This document shows positions 34,204 to 43,011 of a DNA stretch of 64,000 nucleotides, in pieces (positions within the stretch are counted from its first letter, which is position 1; each line of letters starts with the position of its first letter). Location of the stretch: positions 4,210-68,209 of the forward strand of contig CBDUZO010000002.1 of the NCBI GenBank assembly GCA_965371725.1, given 5' to 3'. The stretch comes from an uncultured Phycisphaerales bacterium (lineage in GTDB: Bacteria > Planctomycetota > Phycisphaerae > UBA1845). Made by a program: the position numbers and the translations under genes. The notes under the pieces were generated by a model. That model saw only the letters and a list, made by a program, of their open reading frames with translations. It made no database searches and was not told the DNA's origin.

Positions 34204-34755
34204 ATGGGGTATCAGCTCATGGAGCCGATCAGCACGGATCACCCGCTTCGGCATCTGTTTGCCGGGCTCGTCGAGCACTCGTTCTGCGTGAAGGTGGGGT
34301 TCTGCGACCCGATTCTGACGGATTACCTTGCCGACCTGCTGGTCGAGTTCACGCGCGCGGATCGTCTGAAACAGATCGCGGACGTTCAGGGGAATGATCT
34401 TGACCGGATCGCGGGGACGCTCGCGCTGGCTGACGACGAACAACCGGCCAGTCGCCTTGAGCGTGACCGCGCGGTTTACCGGCACATCGGCGATTTCACC
34501 TTGTTCTGGGCGGGCGTGTATCCGGAGCACCTCGAGCGGCGCGTGCGTAACCCGTCCGATGTCCTGCTGTCCTACGTTTCGCAGGGCAAGCGGTCCTATG
34601 CAATGGTCTCGCAGTTGACGGCGGAGGGCGATGTGCTCCCGGCGTCGCTGTTTCGCCACCTGAGCGAGGACTTCGAGTTCTGCCTCCACGGTCTCGGCCT
34701 GGTTCGGCGAGGCTGGGAGAACATCGAGACCGACAACGGTGACCTCGTGTATTGA
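34204..34755 (+). CDS. Conserved hypothetical protein
   Basis: YLADLL..F, RHIGDFTLFWAGVYPE, GKRSY motifs; start uncertain (34204 or 34219). Confidence 0.75.
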   Translation: MGYQLMEPISTDHPLRHLFAGLVEHSFCVKVGFCDPILTDYLADLLVEFTRADRLKQIADVQGNDLDRIAGTLALADDEQPASRLERDRAVYRHIGDFTLFWAGVYPEHLERRVRNPSDVLLSYVSQGKRSYAMVSQLTAEGDVLPASLFRHLSEDFEFCLHGLGLVRRGWENIETDNGDLVY

Positions 34756-34973
34756 CCCAAGAGAGCGTCGAGGCCCCCGGCGGTGACCTTGTGTATTGCC
34801 CCAAGGACGGGATGGTTCGATGATCCCGGTGGTGTGTGGGCGGTCTTGACGGGCGCTGTCGGGGCGTTACAGTTCCATCCTGAATCAGCCGAGTAGCCGG
34901 TTGACCCGTTGCGGCGCGCCGGCATGTCGGGTCGTGTCCGCCAACAAGCGGAACGCTTCGGCATCGGCAGCTT

Positions 34974-35046
34974 TCCCCGATAGCTCAATTGGCAGAGCGA
35001 GCGGCTGTTAACCGCTAGGTTGTAGGTTCGAGTCCTACTCGGGGAG
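34974..35046 (+). tRNA. tRNA-Asn (GTT), CCA not encoded
   Basis: TCCCCGA/TCGGGGA acceptor stem, D arm GCTCAATTGGCAGAGC, anticodon arm GCGG-CTGTTAA-CCGC, T arm GTAGG-TTCGAGT-CCTAC. Confidence 0.96.
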
Positions 35047-35047
35047 T

Positions 35048-35317
35048 TTGGTGGGCAAAGCAGGGCCATTCTGGGCGTACATCCTCATCAATACGCGTGG
35101 TCAGTTCTACATCGGGCACACCGGGGACGTCGAACGCCGCGTTTTGGAACACAATGCCGACGCAAAGATCGGCAGAAAGCACACCCACAAGCACGGACCC
35201 TGGCGTCTGGTCTGGTCGGAAGAGCACCCCACCCGATCTGAGGCTATGCTCCGAGAGAAACAGATCAAGAGCATGAAGTCCGCCCGCTGGATCAAAGAGA
35301 ACCTGCTCAACCGGTAG
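35048..35317 (+). CDS. Stand-alone small GIY-YIG nuclease
   Basis: AYIL..FYIGHTGDVERRVLEHN..HT..GPWRLV..EAMLREKQIKS. Confidence 0.9.
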   Translation: MVGKAGPFWAYILINTRGQFYIGHTGDVERRVLEHNADAKIGRKHTHKHGPWRLVWSEEHPTRSEAMLREKQIKSMKSARWIKENLLNR

Positions 35318-35378
35318 AGCGAGTCCCGGCGCGCCGGGATTAACCGCTAGGTCGTAGGTTCGAGTCCTACTCGGGGAG
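35303..35378 (+). repeat. Degenerate second copy of tRNA-Asn interrupted by a 16-bp palindrome
   Basis: GCTCAACCGGTAGAGCGAG + TCCCGGCGCGCCGGGA + TTAACCGCTAGGTCGTAGGTTCGAGTCCTACTCGGGGAG (3' 39 nt has one mismatch to the tRNA). Confidence 0.88.
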
Positions 35379-35712
35379 GTCAACGATCGGTCACGAGTTC
35401 CGCGACCCACCAGTTCACGCAAAACCCCAGCCCGGAGAGCACCTGGGGCTTGTCGTTTTATCACCAGTATTTGCGGGGGTTTACGGGCGAAGGCGGCCCG
35501 CGCCGAGCAGCCAGAGAGCGCGTTTCCAGGTCGCGCCGCCGTCGGTCCAGCGTCTCGGGCGTCGTTTCGACACCCGCGCTCTCGGTTTCTCTCGTTAACA
35601 GCCGACCGGCGAGTTAACGGAGAGGAGCCAGGTCGCTGCAACCGAGGCGGCGACGCGGATCCGGCCCGGAATGCTCAACTCGCGACGGCGCTGCATGCAG
35701 AGCGGCAAGCCA

Positions 35713-37272
35713 TCACGCGATGAAAATGAGGGACGCCCTTCTGAGCGCGTCCTTCGCCTGCGGCTTCCAGAACTCGATCAGCTCGAGATTCCTGCGCTTA
35801 CGAGCGCCGGCGTATTGGCTTAGGTCGAGCATGTAGCCTTCATATATCTTACCGGGTCGAGAGCTTACGGTGATGCGGGAACGAACAAGGTGAAGTAGCT
35901 TGAGGTCTACGAGTTGATGAATCAGCTCTATGTCGGCCCCCCGCGCATCCTTATTGACCAGGAAGCAGTTTGACTTGACTTGATCGAGGCAAAAAGTCCG
36001 CACCTTCTGGAATTCGTCGTCGAGCGTAGCGGCGTCGTCGGAAGCGTCCTTGGTGAAGTCTTCTCGTTTCGAACTGTCGTGCTCGCCTGCCGCAACGTTG
36101 ACGTCTTCAGCGTTGACGATCGTTCCGCGATGCCCACCGGCACGTATGCTCTCGCGCGCCACATGAATCGACCGTCTGAAGATCGATAGGAAGTCTCTGG
36201 CCACTCCGCCGCTCGCGAGTACGACACGGTCTTGTGCGCCCCGCGTAAGGAAACGCGATATCGGAGCAAGGTCACGGTCGCCGGCGAAGTTTGTGAGGAT
36301 CTTCAGCAGGAAGTCCTTCGCGATAGCGTACTTTTCGAGCGTGATGTCCAGGTCAATCTCGTCCGCATCGTCTCCGAGCTTAAGCCCCTTTACGGGATCT
36401 CCCGGAGCATACCAGGTCGTGCGGTGACGAATCGTCCCCATCTTCAGCCAGAGTTGGCTGTCTTTGGCGATGCCGTGGAAGTAGTCTATGATATCAGCTT
36501 GGTCGTTTCGACGTACTTGATAGAGGTCGTCCAAGAAAAGATAGGCGGGGCCACCAGCGAGGTTGGCCATGTCTCGAAACACCCGTTGGTAGTCCAGGAC
36601 GTGGCGACGCAGGAAATCCACCTTTCGGCGCCGGTATTCTTCCTCGACTGTCTCAGCTTGCGATTTCTTATCCCTCGCGGCAACTCGCCCAGAAGCAGTG
36701 GCCACGGGCGTCGCCGCCTTCACCTCAGCCCCCGCCTCGATCTCCGTAGCCGACGCGGCCGCCGAGGTCACTCGAAGCGCCGACTCCTCCGCGGAATGAA
36801 GTTCCTGATTCAGTTCTTCGATCTTCCGATCGAGTGTAGTGGCGAGTGTGGTGCTGGCTTTCTTGTCAAAGGGACCACGGCTGGGCTTGTTCCCAAAAAC
36901 GCGATCCCAAAACGACGTGCGATTGGCCGGGTGGACTGCGGCCGTGTCGAGCCACTTCTTGAATTCGCCAAATGTGCTGATGAGCACGCTTAGAAGCAGA
37001 TCGGGATAGCTCAGGGATTTGAACGCTTCGAGATCGACGAACGCTATCGGGCGCCGATCGACCGTGAGGTGCGCAGCGCTCTCCCGAAGGAGGCTTGACT
37101 TTCCGGATCCGCGCCGTCCAAACACGATATGGTGTCGGCGGCTGGTCGCGCGTCTCAGCGTTCCTTCGCCTGGCTCGATGAAGTGCTTTAGCCGCACCTG
37201 AGTTGAGCGTGCCGCCTCCTCTATGACGAGATCGAGCTGCTTCATTTCGTGGGAGTTGAGAATGTCGTCCAT
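35713..37272 (-). CDS. Uncharacterised P-loop NTPase (AAA/STAND-like)
   Basis: Walker A GRRGSGKS, Walker B YLFLDD, ASGGVARDFL sensor-like motif; codon usage looks atypical. Confidence 0.8.
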   Translation of the reverse strand: MDDILNSHEMKQLDLVIEEAARSTQVRLKHFIEPGEGTLRRATSRRHHIVFGRRGSGKSSLLRESAAHLTVDRRPIAFVDLEAFKSLSYPDLLLSVLISTFGEFKKWLDTAAVHPANRTSFWDRVFGNKPSRGPFDKKASTTLATTLDRKIEELNQELHSAEESALRVTSAAASATEIEAGAEVKAATPVATASGRVAARDKKSQAETVEEEYRRRKVDFLRRHVLDYQRVFRDMANLAGGPAYLFLDDLYQVRRNDQADIIDYFHGIAKDSQLWLKMGTIRHRTTWYAPGDPVKGLKLGDDADEIDLDITLEKYAIAKDFLLKILTNFAGDRDLAPISRFLTRGAQDRVVLASGGVARDFLSIFRRSIHVARESIRAGGHRGTIVNAEDVNVAAGEHDSSKREDFTKDASDDAATLDDEFQKVRTFCLDQVKSNCFLVNKDARGADIELIHQLVDLKLLHLVRSRITVSSRPGKIYEGYMLDLSQYAGARKRRNLELIEFWKPQAKDALRRASLIFIA

Positions 37273-37484
37273 CGGAACAACCATAGTATAGAGTGGGCAA
37301 ACGTCGTACTCGGCACCCCGCACGCCGGGGTGCGAAGCCTTTGACGTCGGCGCATGCGCGCACCGGTAGGATACCACGAGAGCGTTCGCGTAGCCACTAC
37401 AAGTCCATCGCCGCTGACGTGTTGCCCCGCGAAAACTTGGTTTGGACGTCGAAGGGCCGGCCCAGCGGAAGGCAGCCTGGGAGC

Positions 37485-37610
37485 GGCTCCTCTACTCCTG
37501 GGAACGATTCTTCCGCTCCAAGGAATGGATCATCCACTCCCGGGAATCACTCGTCCACTCCTCGGAATGACTCGTCCGCTCCCTGGCAGGGATGGTTCGC
37601 TCCGCGGAGT
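37485..37610 (+). repeat. Degenerate 21-bp tandem repeat, ~6 units
   Basis: Units such as GATTCTTCCGCTCCAAGGAAT and CACTCGTCCACTCCTCGGAAT; one frame reads GSSTPGN DSSAPRN GSSTPGN HSSTPRN. Confidence 0.7.
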
Positions 37611-37643
37611 GGGTCGGTGCCGCCAGGGCGGGAGGAGTCACCG

Positions 37644-37748
37644 CTGGAGCGGGCAAGGGCCGTCATGGGCGTGCTGGCTTCTCGCGGGGTGCCGAACTAC
37701 TTCGGCCCCCAGCGATTCGGCGTCCGGGGCGACAACGCCCGAATCGGA
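37644..37748 (+). pseudogene. truD: Internal fragment of tRNA pseudouridine(13) synthase TruD
   Basis: GVPNYFGPQRFGVRGDNARIG signature; only ~35 codons. Confidence 0.7.
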
Positions 37749-38214
37749 CCTCGTCCTGTCCGACAGCCCGATCGGTCCCGACGTCAAGGTACGAGCGTTC
37801 AACCACCTGCTCGGCGAGTGCAGCGTGTCGATCTTCGGCGCGAAGAACCTCGCCACCAAGTACCGTCGCCGATTTCCCAAGTTGCTCGACGGCGCACCAT
37901 TCATCATCCCCACGACCAACACAGCGCTTCGGCGTGCGATGGAGCATTGGTTCGATTCCGAAGACATCCGCCCGTCGGTGTTCGGCGAGTTCGAGGATAG
38001 CGCCCTCCTCAAAGTGTTCGGCCAAGCTGGGGTCGGGTTGTTTGCCGCGCCAACGGTAATTGAAAAGGAAGTGCAGCGCCAGTACAGTGTCCGGGTGGTC
38101 GGTCGTCTGGAGTCCGTGCGGGAACGGTTCTACGCCATCTCGGTTGAGAAGAAGGTCAAGCACCCTGCTGTGGTTGCCATCGCGGACGAAGCACGACGGA
38201 AGCTATTCGGTTAA
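37747..38214 (+). pseudogene. nhaR: C-terminal fragment of LysR-type activator NhaR (HTH missing)
   Basis: DLVLSD, FNHLLGEC, GEFEDSALLKVFGQAG, FYAISVEKKVKHPAV; no N-terminal half or start. Confidence 0.75.
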
Positions 38215-38233
38215 TAGAGGGTTGAACCGGTTC

Positions 38234-40024
38234 ATGGTCTTGGGAACTGCCACGGCGAACGGCATCGCTGAATGGTCCGTGATTACGGACCTGGTGGTGA
38301 TTCTAGTCAGCGCCGCCGTCGTTGCGGTTGTCATGCAGCGAATGCGGCTGGCCGCGATCCCGGCTTATCTAATCGCAGGGGCTTTGGTCGGACCCCGTGC
38401 AATTGGTTTGGTGTCGTCGCCGGACAGCCTGGGCGCCATCTCGCATCTTGCGATCATCCTTCTCCTGTTCGGGATCGGACTTGAGCTTCACCTTTCCGTC
38501 CTCAAGCACCGGCTGGCGCGCATGATCGTGGCGGGTTTCGGATCCTGCCTGCTTTCAATTGTGGTCGGGTGGCCGATCGCGATTTGGTTCGGGTTGGCGC
38601 CACCGGCAGCGCTTGCCGTTTCCATGGCGTTGGCACTCTCCTCGACCGCGCTTGTGATGAGGATCATCGCGGACCGTCGCGAGCTTCGCCGAATGCGCGG
38701 GCGCTTGGCTCTCTCGATTCTAGTGATTCAAGACATGATCGTCTTGGGAATGCTCGCAGCGATCCCCGCACTGGCCGCGTGGGCGGGCTCCGATGTGAAG
38801 CTGGTAGCGGATCCGGACGTTCGGTCGGCCGGTAACGGCGGTGCGCTGCAATTTGTCGTCGAGGCCCTATTGCGGGTCGGTGGTGTGGCCGCTCTCATCG
38901 TCCTTGGTCGGGTGATACTCCCGCAAGTTCTTCGCGAGTCATTCAAGGGGCGATCGCTGGAAGTGATGACCCTGGCCGGTGTGGCGGCAGCGCTTCTAGC
39001 CGCCGTTGTTGCGCAAGGCATAGGGTTCAGCCTGGAGATGGGCGCGTTCCTAGCTGGTTTCATGCTCGCAGGGACGCCATTTCGGCACCAACTCAGTGGT
39101 CAAATCGGTCCGCTACGCGACCTGTTCATCGCCGTGTTCTTCACCACCCTCGGCATGAAGCTGGATCCGAGTATCGTTGTCGAGTGGTGGTGGGTCATCA
39201 TTGTGGGCGGAGCCCTGATGATGGTCCTCAAGGCCGCCCTGATCTCCGGCGTCTGTTGGACACTCGGCACCACCGCGAGCATCGCCATTGCGGTCGGATT
39301 CTCGCTTGCCCAAGCCGGGGAGTTCAGCCTTATCGTGCTCGACACCGCGCATGGCCGGGGAATCATCGACAATGCTACTATGGCGACCGCGATCGCAATC
39401 GTCGTAATCTCGTTGATCCTAACGCCGGCGTTGGTCGAGCTCGGCGGCCGTCTCGCTCGGGTGGCTTCCAGAATCGGGACCGCCCCGTGGGTCAAGTCAT
39501 CGATCCTTCACGACCCAAGTCACACACAGCTACACCCTTCGAACCATGCGAAGCATGTCATCATTGCTGGATACGGTCCCATCGGGTGCCTCATTGCGGA
39601 GGAACTCGAACGTGCAGGCATCAACTACACGGTAGTCGAACTCAACCCGGCCACCGTGCAAGAACAGTCTCGTCGAGGCAGGACGGTCATCTTTGGCGAT
39701 GTCGGCAACCTTGAAGTGCTTGAGTCAGCAGGAATCGGAAACGCGGACGCACTCATACTCACCATCCCAGACGAAGAGGCCGTTTTGCGCACCTGCGCGG
39801 TGGCACGACGGCGAGCACCGGACATTTTCATTGCCGCAAGAACCAGAGTTGTCAGCAAACGGGCGGGCCTCATGGAGGTCGGCGCCGATTCAGTCACGGT
39901 GGACGAGACGTCCGCGGCGTCGGAGATGCTGCGCGCGGTCATGGATCGCATCGGCATAAACATGGACAGCGAACGGGAGGGCGGGGAATCCGGTCCCGAC
40001 GAACCCGCTGTCTCGACAGGCTGA
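38234..40024 (+). CDS. CPA2 cation:proton antiporter with TrkA-N domain (KefB/KefC-like)
   Basis: Many TM helices, LLFGIGLE, LSSTA, QD, LAQAGEFS, IIAGYGPIG, FGD. Confidence 0.9.
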   Translation: MVLGTATANGIAEWSVITDLVVILVSAAVVAVVMQRMRLAAIPAYLIAGALVGPRAIGLVSSPDSLGAISHLAIILLLFGIGLELHLSVLKHRLARMIVAGFGSCLLSIVVGWPIAIWFGLAPPAALAVSMALALSSTALVMRIIADRRELRRMRGRLALSILVIQDMIVLGMLAAIPALAAWAGSDVKLVADPDVRSAGNGGALQFVVEALLRVGGVAALIVLGRVILPQVLRESFKGRSLEVMTLAGVAAALLAAVVAQGIGFSLEMGAFLAGFMLAGTPFRHQLSGQIGPLRDLFIAVFFTTLGMKLDPSIVVEWWWVIIVGGALMMVLKAALISGVCWTLGTTASIAIAVGFSLAQAGEFSLIVLDTAHGRGIIDNATMATAIAIVVISLILTPALVELGGRLARVASRIGTAPWVKSSILHDPSHTQLHPSNHAKHVIIAGYGPIGCLIAEELERAGINYTVVELNPATVQEQSRRGRTVIFGDVGNLEVLESAGIGNADALILTIPDEEAVLRTCAVARRRAPDIFIAARTRVVSKRAGLMEVGADSVTVDETSAASEMLRAVMDRIGINMDSEREGGESGPDEPAVSTG

Positions 40025-40427
40025 CCCAGCGAGTGTGGTACGGATGAATCTCAGATAACAACACGAAACGCGAGGGCTGCTTGCAATGGCCGACACGGTC
40101 TTCCTGATTACGGGAGGTCCGTCGTCAGGCAGCGCCGGAGGCACAACAGGGTATATTGGCCTGTTTCGCGTGGCGCCATAAGGGTTCGATTCCCCCCGTC
40201 TCGTGATACGTTCCATTGGTTCCTCCCTGCCCCGTCATTCGGCGAGCAGGTCGTTGGATCGGCGATTCCATGGAACATGCGTGGGGACTGGATCCCCCGT
40301 GGAGTCGATCCTGTCGCTGTGTGCCTTGTGCCTTTCCCAGGACGATCGATGGTCCCGCTACTGGAACACACGACCGGCCTACCAAAAGGCCGCCCAGACT
40401 GTCACGGGGCCATGGTTATACCAAGGA

Positions 40428-40559
40428 CAGTTTGAAAGTGCCGATTCGTCGCATCCGATTTGCCGGCGTCTTCCTGCAGTTTCGCGTCCGCGCGGGCGCG
40501 GCAAAGCCGCCTTGCGGCAGCCCGCGGCTCGGTGGTGGGGAATCGGCATTCTTGAACTG
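40428..40559. mobile_element. ~132-bp IR-bounded element carrying the 46-bp REP-like core (reverse orientation)
   Basis: CAGTTTGAAAGTGCCGATTC / GAATCGGCATTCTTGAACTG ends; core at 40486-40531. Confidence 0.65.
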
Positions 40560-40561
40560 GA

Positions 40562-40740
40562 TCTGGTATTACTGGGTCAGCACGGTGGGCTTGGACGAAG
40601 GGAGGGCGCGGCAGTACATTTAAGAGCAAGAGAAGCTTGAGAGCGGCCAAGGCGGCTTGGACCTCAAGTAGACGTTCACAACGACCCCAACGGGGCCTTC
40701 CTGAACCCAATGCCCCCCTCTTGGGGTGGTTGATTACTCA
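40562..40740 (+). pseudogene. tnpA: IS200/IS605 family TnpA C-terminal remnant plus probable right end
   Basis: YWVSTVGLDEGRARQYI*EQE resembles the Y1 transposase catalytic helix, internal TAA at 40621; short hairpins follow. Confidence 0.65.
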
Positions 40741-40754
40741 ACGGAGCGGATCAC

Positions 40755-42617
40755 GTGGGATCAAGACGAAAGAGAACGACCACGAAGGCACATACCAAAC
40801 AGCGAACCGCCCCAGAACGTGGACCCAAGCTCGACGGCCCGGCCCTTTGGGTCGCCATCGCCCTTCCCGTGCTTGTTACCGTTATCAGCTTTGTCGCCTT
40901 TTGGCCCGCGCTGGACGGTGAGTTTGTCAGTTACGATGACGACCGGCTGTTCGTTACCAACACCTCGTATCGTGGCTTTGCACCGGCGCACCTGTCATGG
41001 ATGTTCACCACGACTTTCATGGGCCACTACCAGCCCCTGACGTGGCTCTCCTCCGCGCTGGACTACACGATCTCCGGCATGAACCCCGCGAGTTATCACC
41101 GGAATAACCTGATCCTACACGCGCTGAACAGTCTGCTGGTGTATTTCGTGGCACTGCGGCTGTTGACCGTAGCGTTTCGTTTGCAGCCAACTGAGCATCC
41201 GGCCGTGCTCAGGTTGGCATCGGCTGTCACCGCGCTGCTTTTTGCCGTTCATCCCCTTCGGGTTGAATCGGTGGCCTGGGCGTCGGAACGGCGGGATGTG
41301 TTGAGCGTCTTCTTTCTGTTGTTGGCACTTCTATCCTATTTACGGGCGTTCCGGGCGGAGGAGATGTCGGTTCGCTCCGGCGGCGCGTATGTTTGCTCCT
41401 GGGTTCTGCTGGGCCTGTCGCTACTCGCGAAGTCATGGGGAATGTCCTTCTTCCTGCTGCTGCTGATCCTCGACGTGTATCCGTTGCGGAGGCTCCCGGC
41501 GAGCGCGACTCAGTGGCTAGCCAATGGACGTTGGCACGTGTGGGCTCAGAAGATTCCCTACGTCATCCTCGGGCTGGCCGCTGCCGTCATGGCCGGGTAT
41601 GCACAGCAATCCGCCCTGAGCACGATGCGAAGCCTCGAGGAGTGGAGTATCCTCAATCGTGTTGTCCAGGCATTCTACGGGCTGTCCTTTTACCTATGGA
41701 GAACGCTCTGGCCCGCGCATCTGACCGCATCCTATGAACTTCCCTACCATCTGAATCCACTTGCACTGCGCTATGTGCTGGCGTTTGTCGGAGTGCTTGT
41801 CGGTGTAGCGGCGGTAATCCTACTACGGCGACGTTGCCCGGCGCTGATGGCCGCGACTCTCGCCTATGTCATTATCCTCGCGCCGGTTCTCGGGTTTGTC
41901 CAAAGCGGCCCGCAGTTTGTGGCTGAGAAATACTCCTATGTAAGCTGCATCGGTTGGGCACTCCTTGCAGGCGGTGGACTGTTCATTCTGTGGCGCAGGG
42001 TCTCGCGCGGCTGGATCGCTACGAGTGGAGTGATTGTGGCGGCGATCGTGGTTCTACTTCTTATTTGCACGTGGCGACAGTCGGAGGTCTGGCACGATTC
42101 CAAGTCGCTTTGGCGCAACGCGATTGCCTCCGGCATTCCAAGCGCGCAAGCCCATGCGAACTATGGAATCCTCCTGCGCAAGGAGGGACGGTTGGACGAC
42201 GCGATAGGACACTATCGCACCGCATTGGACATTCGCCCGGACGCGGGCAACGCCTGGTATGCTTTGGGCAACGTCTTTAAGGAGAAGCGTAACTACGTTG
42301 AGGCGGAGGAAGCATTCCACGAGGCTGTCAAGTTCATGACACAGAAGCACAGTGCGTATCTGAACCTTGGCAACATGTATTTCAACAACCTGAACCGCCG
42401 GGATGATGCCATCGCCGCATATCGGGCCGCCATCAAGCACATCGAGGCTCATCGCGGGAAGATGTTCACCCCAACGCCCTATCTGGCGTTGGGCATCGCT
42501 TTGCACGAGAAGGGTGAGGTTGGCGAGGCACGACGCATGTTCGAGGTAGCAAGGAAGTACCGCAAGACGCGCGAGCGCGCCGTCGAGGAACTGCGGAAGC
42601 TGGATCGTTCGGACTGA
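40755..42617 (+). CDS. TMTC-like GT-C membrane glycosyltransferase with C-terminal TPRs
   Basis: YDD, YQPLT, HPLRVESVAW..ERRDVL, multiple TM helices, TPR repeats. Confidence 0.85.
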   Translation: MGSRRKRTTTKAHTKQRTAPERGPKLDGPALWVAIALPVLVTVISFVAFWPALDGEFVSYDDDRLFVTNTSYRGFAPAHLSWMFTTTFMGHYQPLTWLSSALDYTISGMNPASYHRNNLILHALNSLLVYFVALRLLTVAFRLQPTEHPAVLRLASAVTALLFAVHPLRVESVAWASERRDVLSVFFLLLALLSYLRAFRAEEMSVRSGGAYVCSWVLLGLSLLAKSWGMSFFLLLLILDVYPLRRLPASATQWLANGRWHVWAQKIPYVILGLAAAVMAGYAQQSALSTMRSLEEWSILNRVVQAFYGLSFYLWRTLWPAHLTASYELPYHLNPLALRYVLAFVGVLVGVAAVILLRRRCPALMAATLAYVIILAPVLGFVQSGPQFVAEKYSYVSCIGWALLAGGGLFILWRRVSRGWIATSGVIVAAIVVLLLICTWRQSEVWHDSKSLWRNAIASGIPSAQAHANYGILLRKEGRLDDAIGHYRTALDIRPDAGNAWYALGNVFKEKRNYVEAEEAFHEAVKFMTQKHSAYLNLGNMYFNNLNRRDDAIAAYRAAIKHIEAHRGKMFTPTPYLALGIALHEKGEVGEARRMFEVARKYRKTRERAVEELRKLDRSD

Positions 42618-43011
42618 TATTTGTCGACCAGGCGCACACGCGGGGGTGAAAGCTGTCGCGATGCACATCAGGAGCCTGCAGCGCGCGCAATGCAGGATCG
42701 ATCAATCCGAGCACCTTCGGTGCGCAGAAACCGAGGCCGGCCTACATGAAGGCGCCGAGCAACATCAGGAACGCCGCGATGAGTATCGTGTTAAAGAAAT
42801 TCGCACTGAAAAAGCTTGTGAAGTCCATTCTCGTCACTCCGTTAGATATCCTTGCACAAGTCGCGCCCAGGAGCAGTACCACATCCAGCACCATGCACAC
42901 GAAGCCGCCTTGCCCACCCGGCGATACTCCCACCGAGACGGTTCACAAACCCGAAGGCCCTTCCCGCGGAATCCTATCACCGACCGCCGCGCACCGGAAG
43001 ACATCATCCAG

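Noticed and set aside
35303-35378. Second functional tRNA-Asn
   Set aside because: No 5' acceptor strand, and the anticodon stem is replaced by a palindrome.
37485-37610. CRISPR array or real repeat-protein gene
   Set aside because: Contiguous degenerate 21-mers without spacers; the ORFs spanning them join unrelated fragments.
42620-43010. Membrane-protein ORF with in-frame TAG as a recoding candidate
   Set aside because: Short hydrophobic fragments with no recognisable family or recoding signal; more likely decayed sequence.
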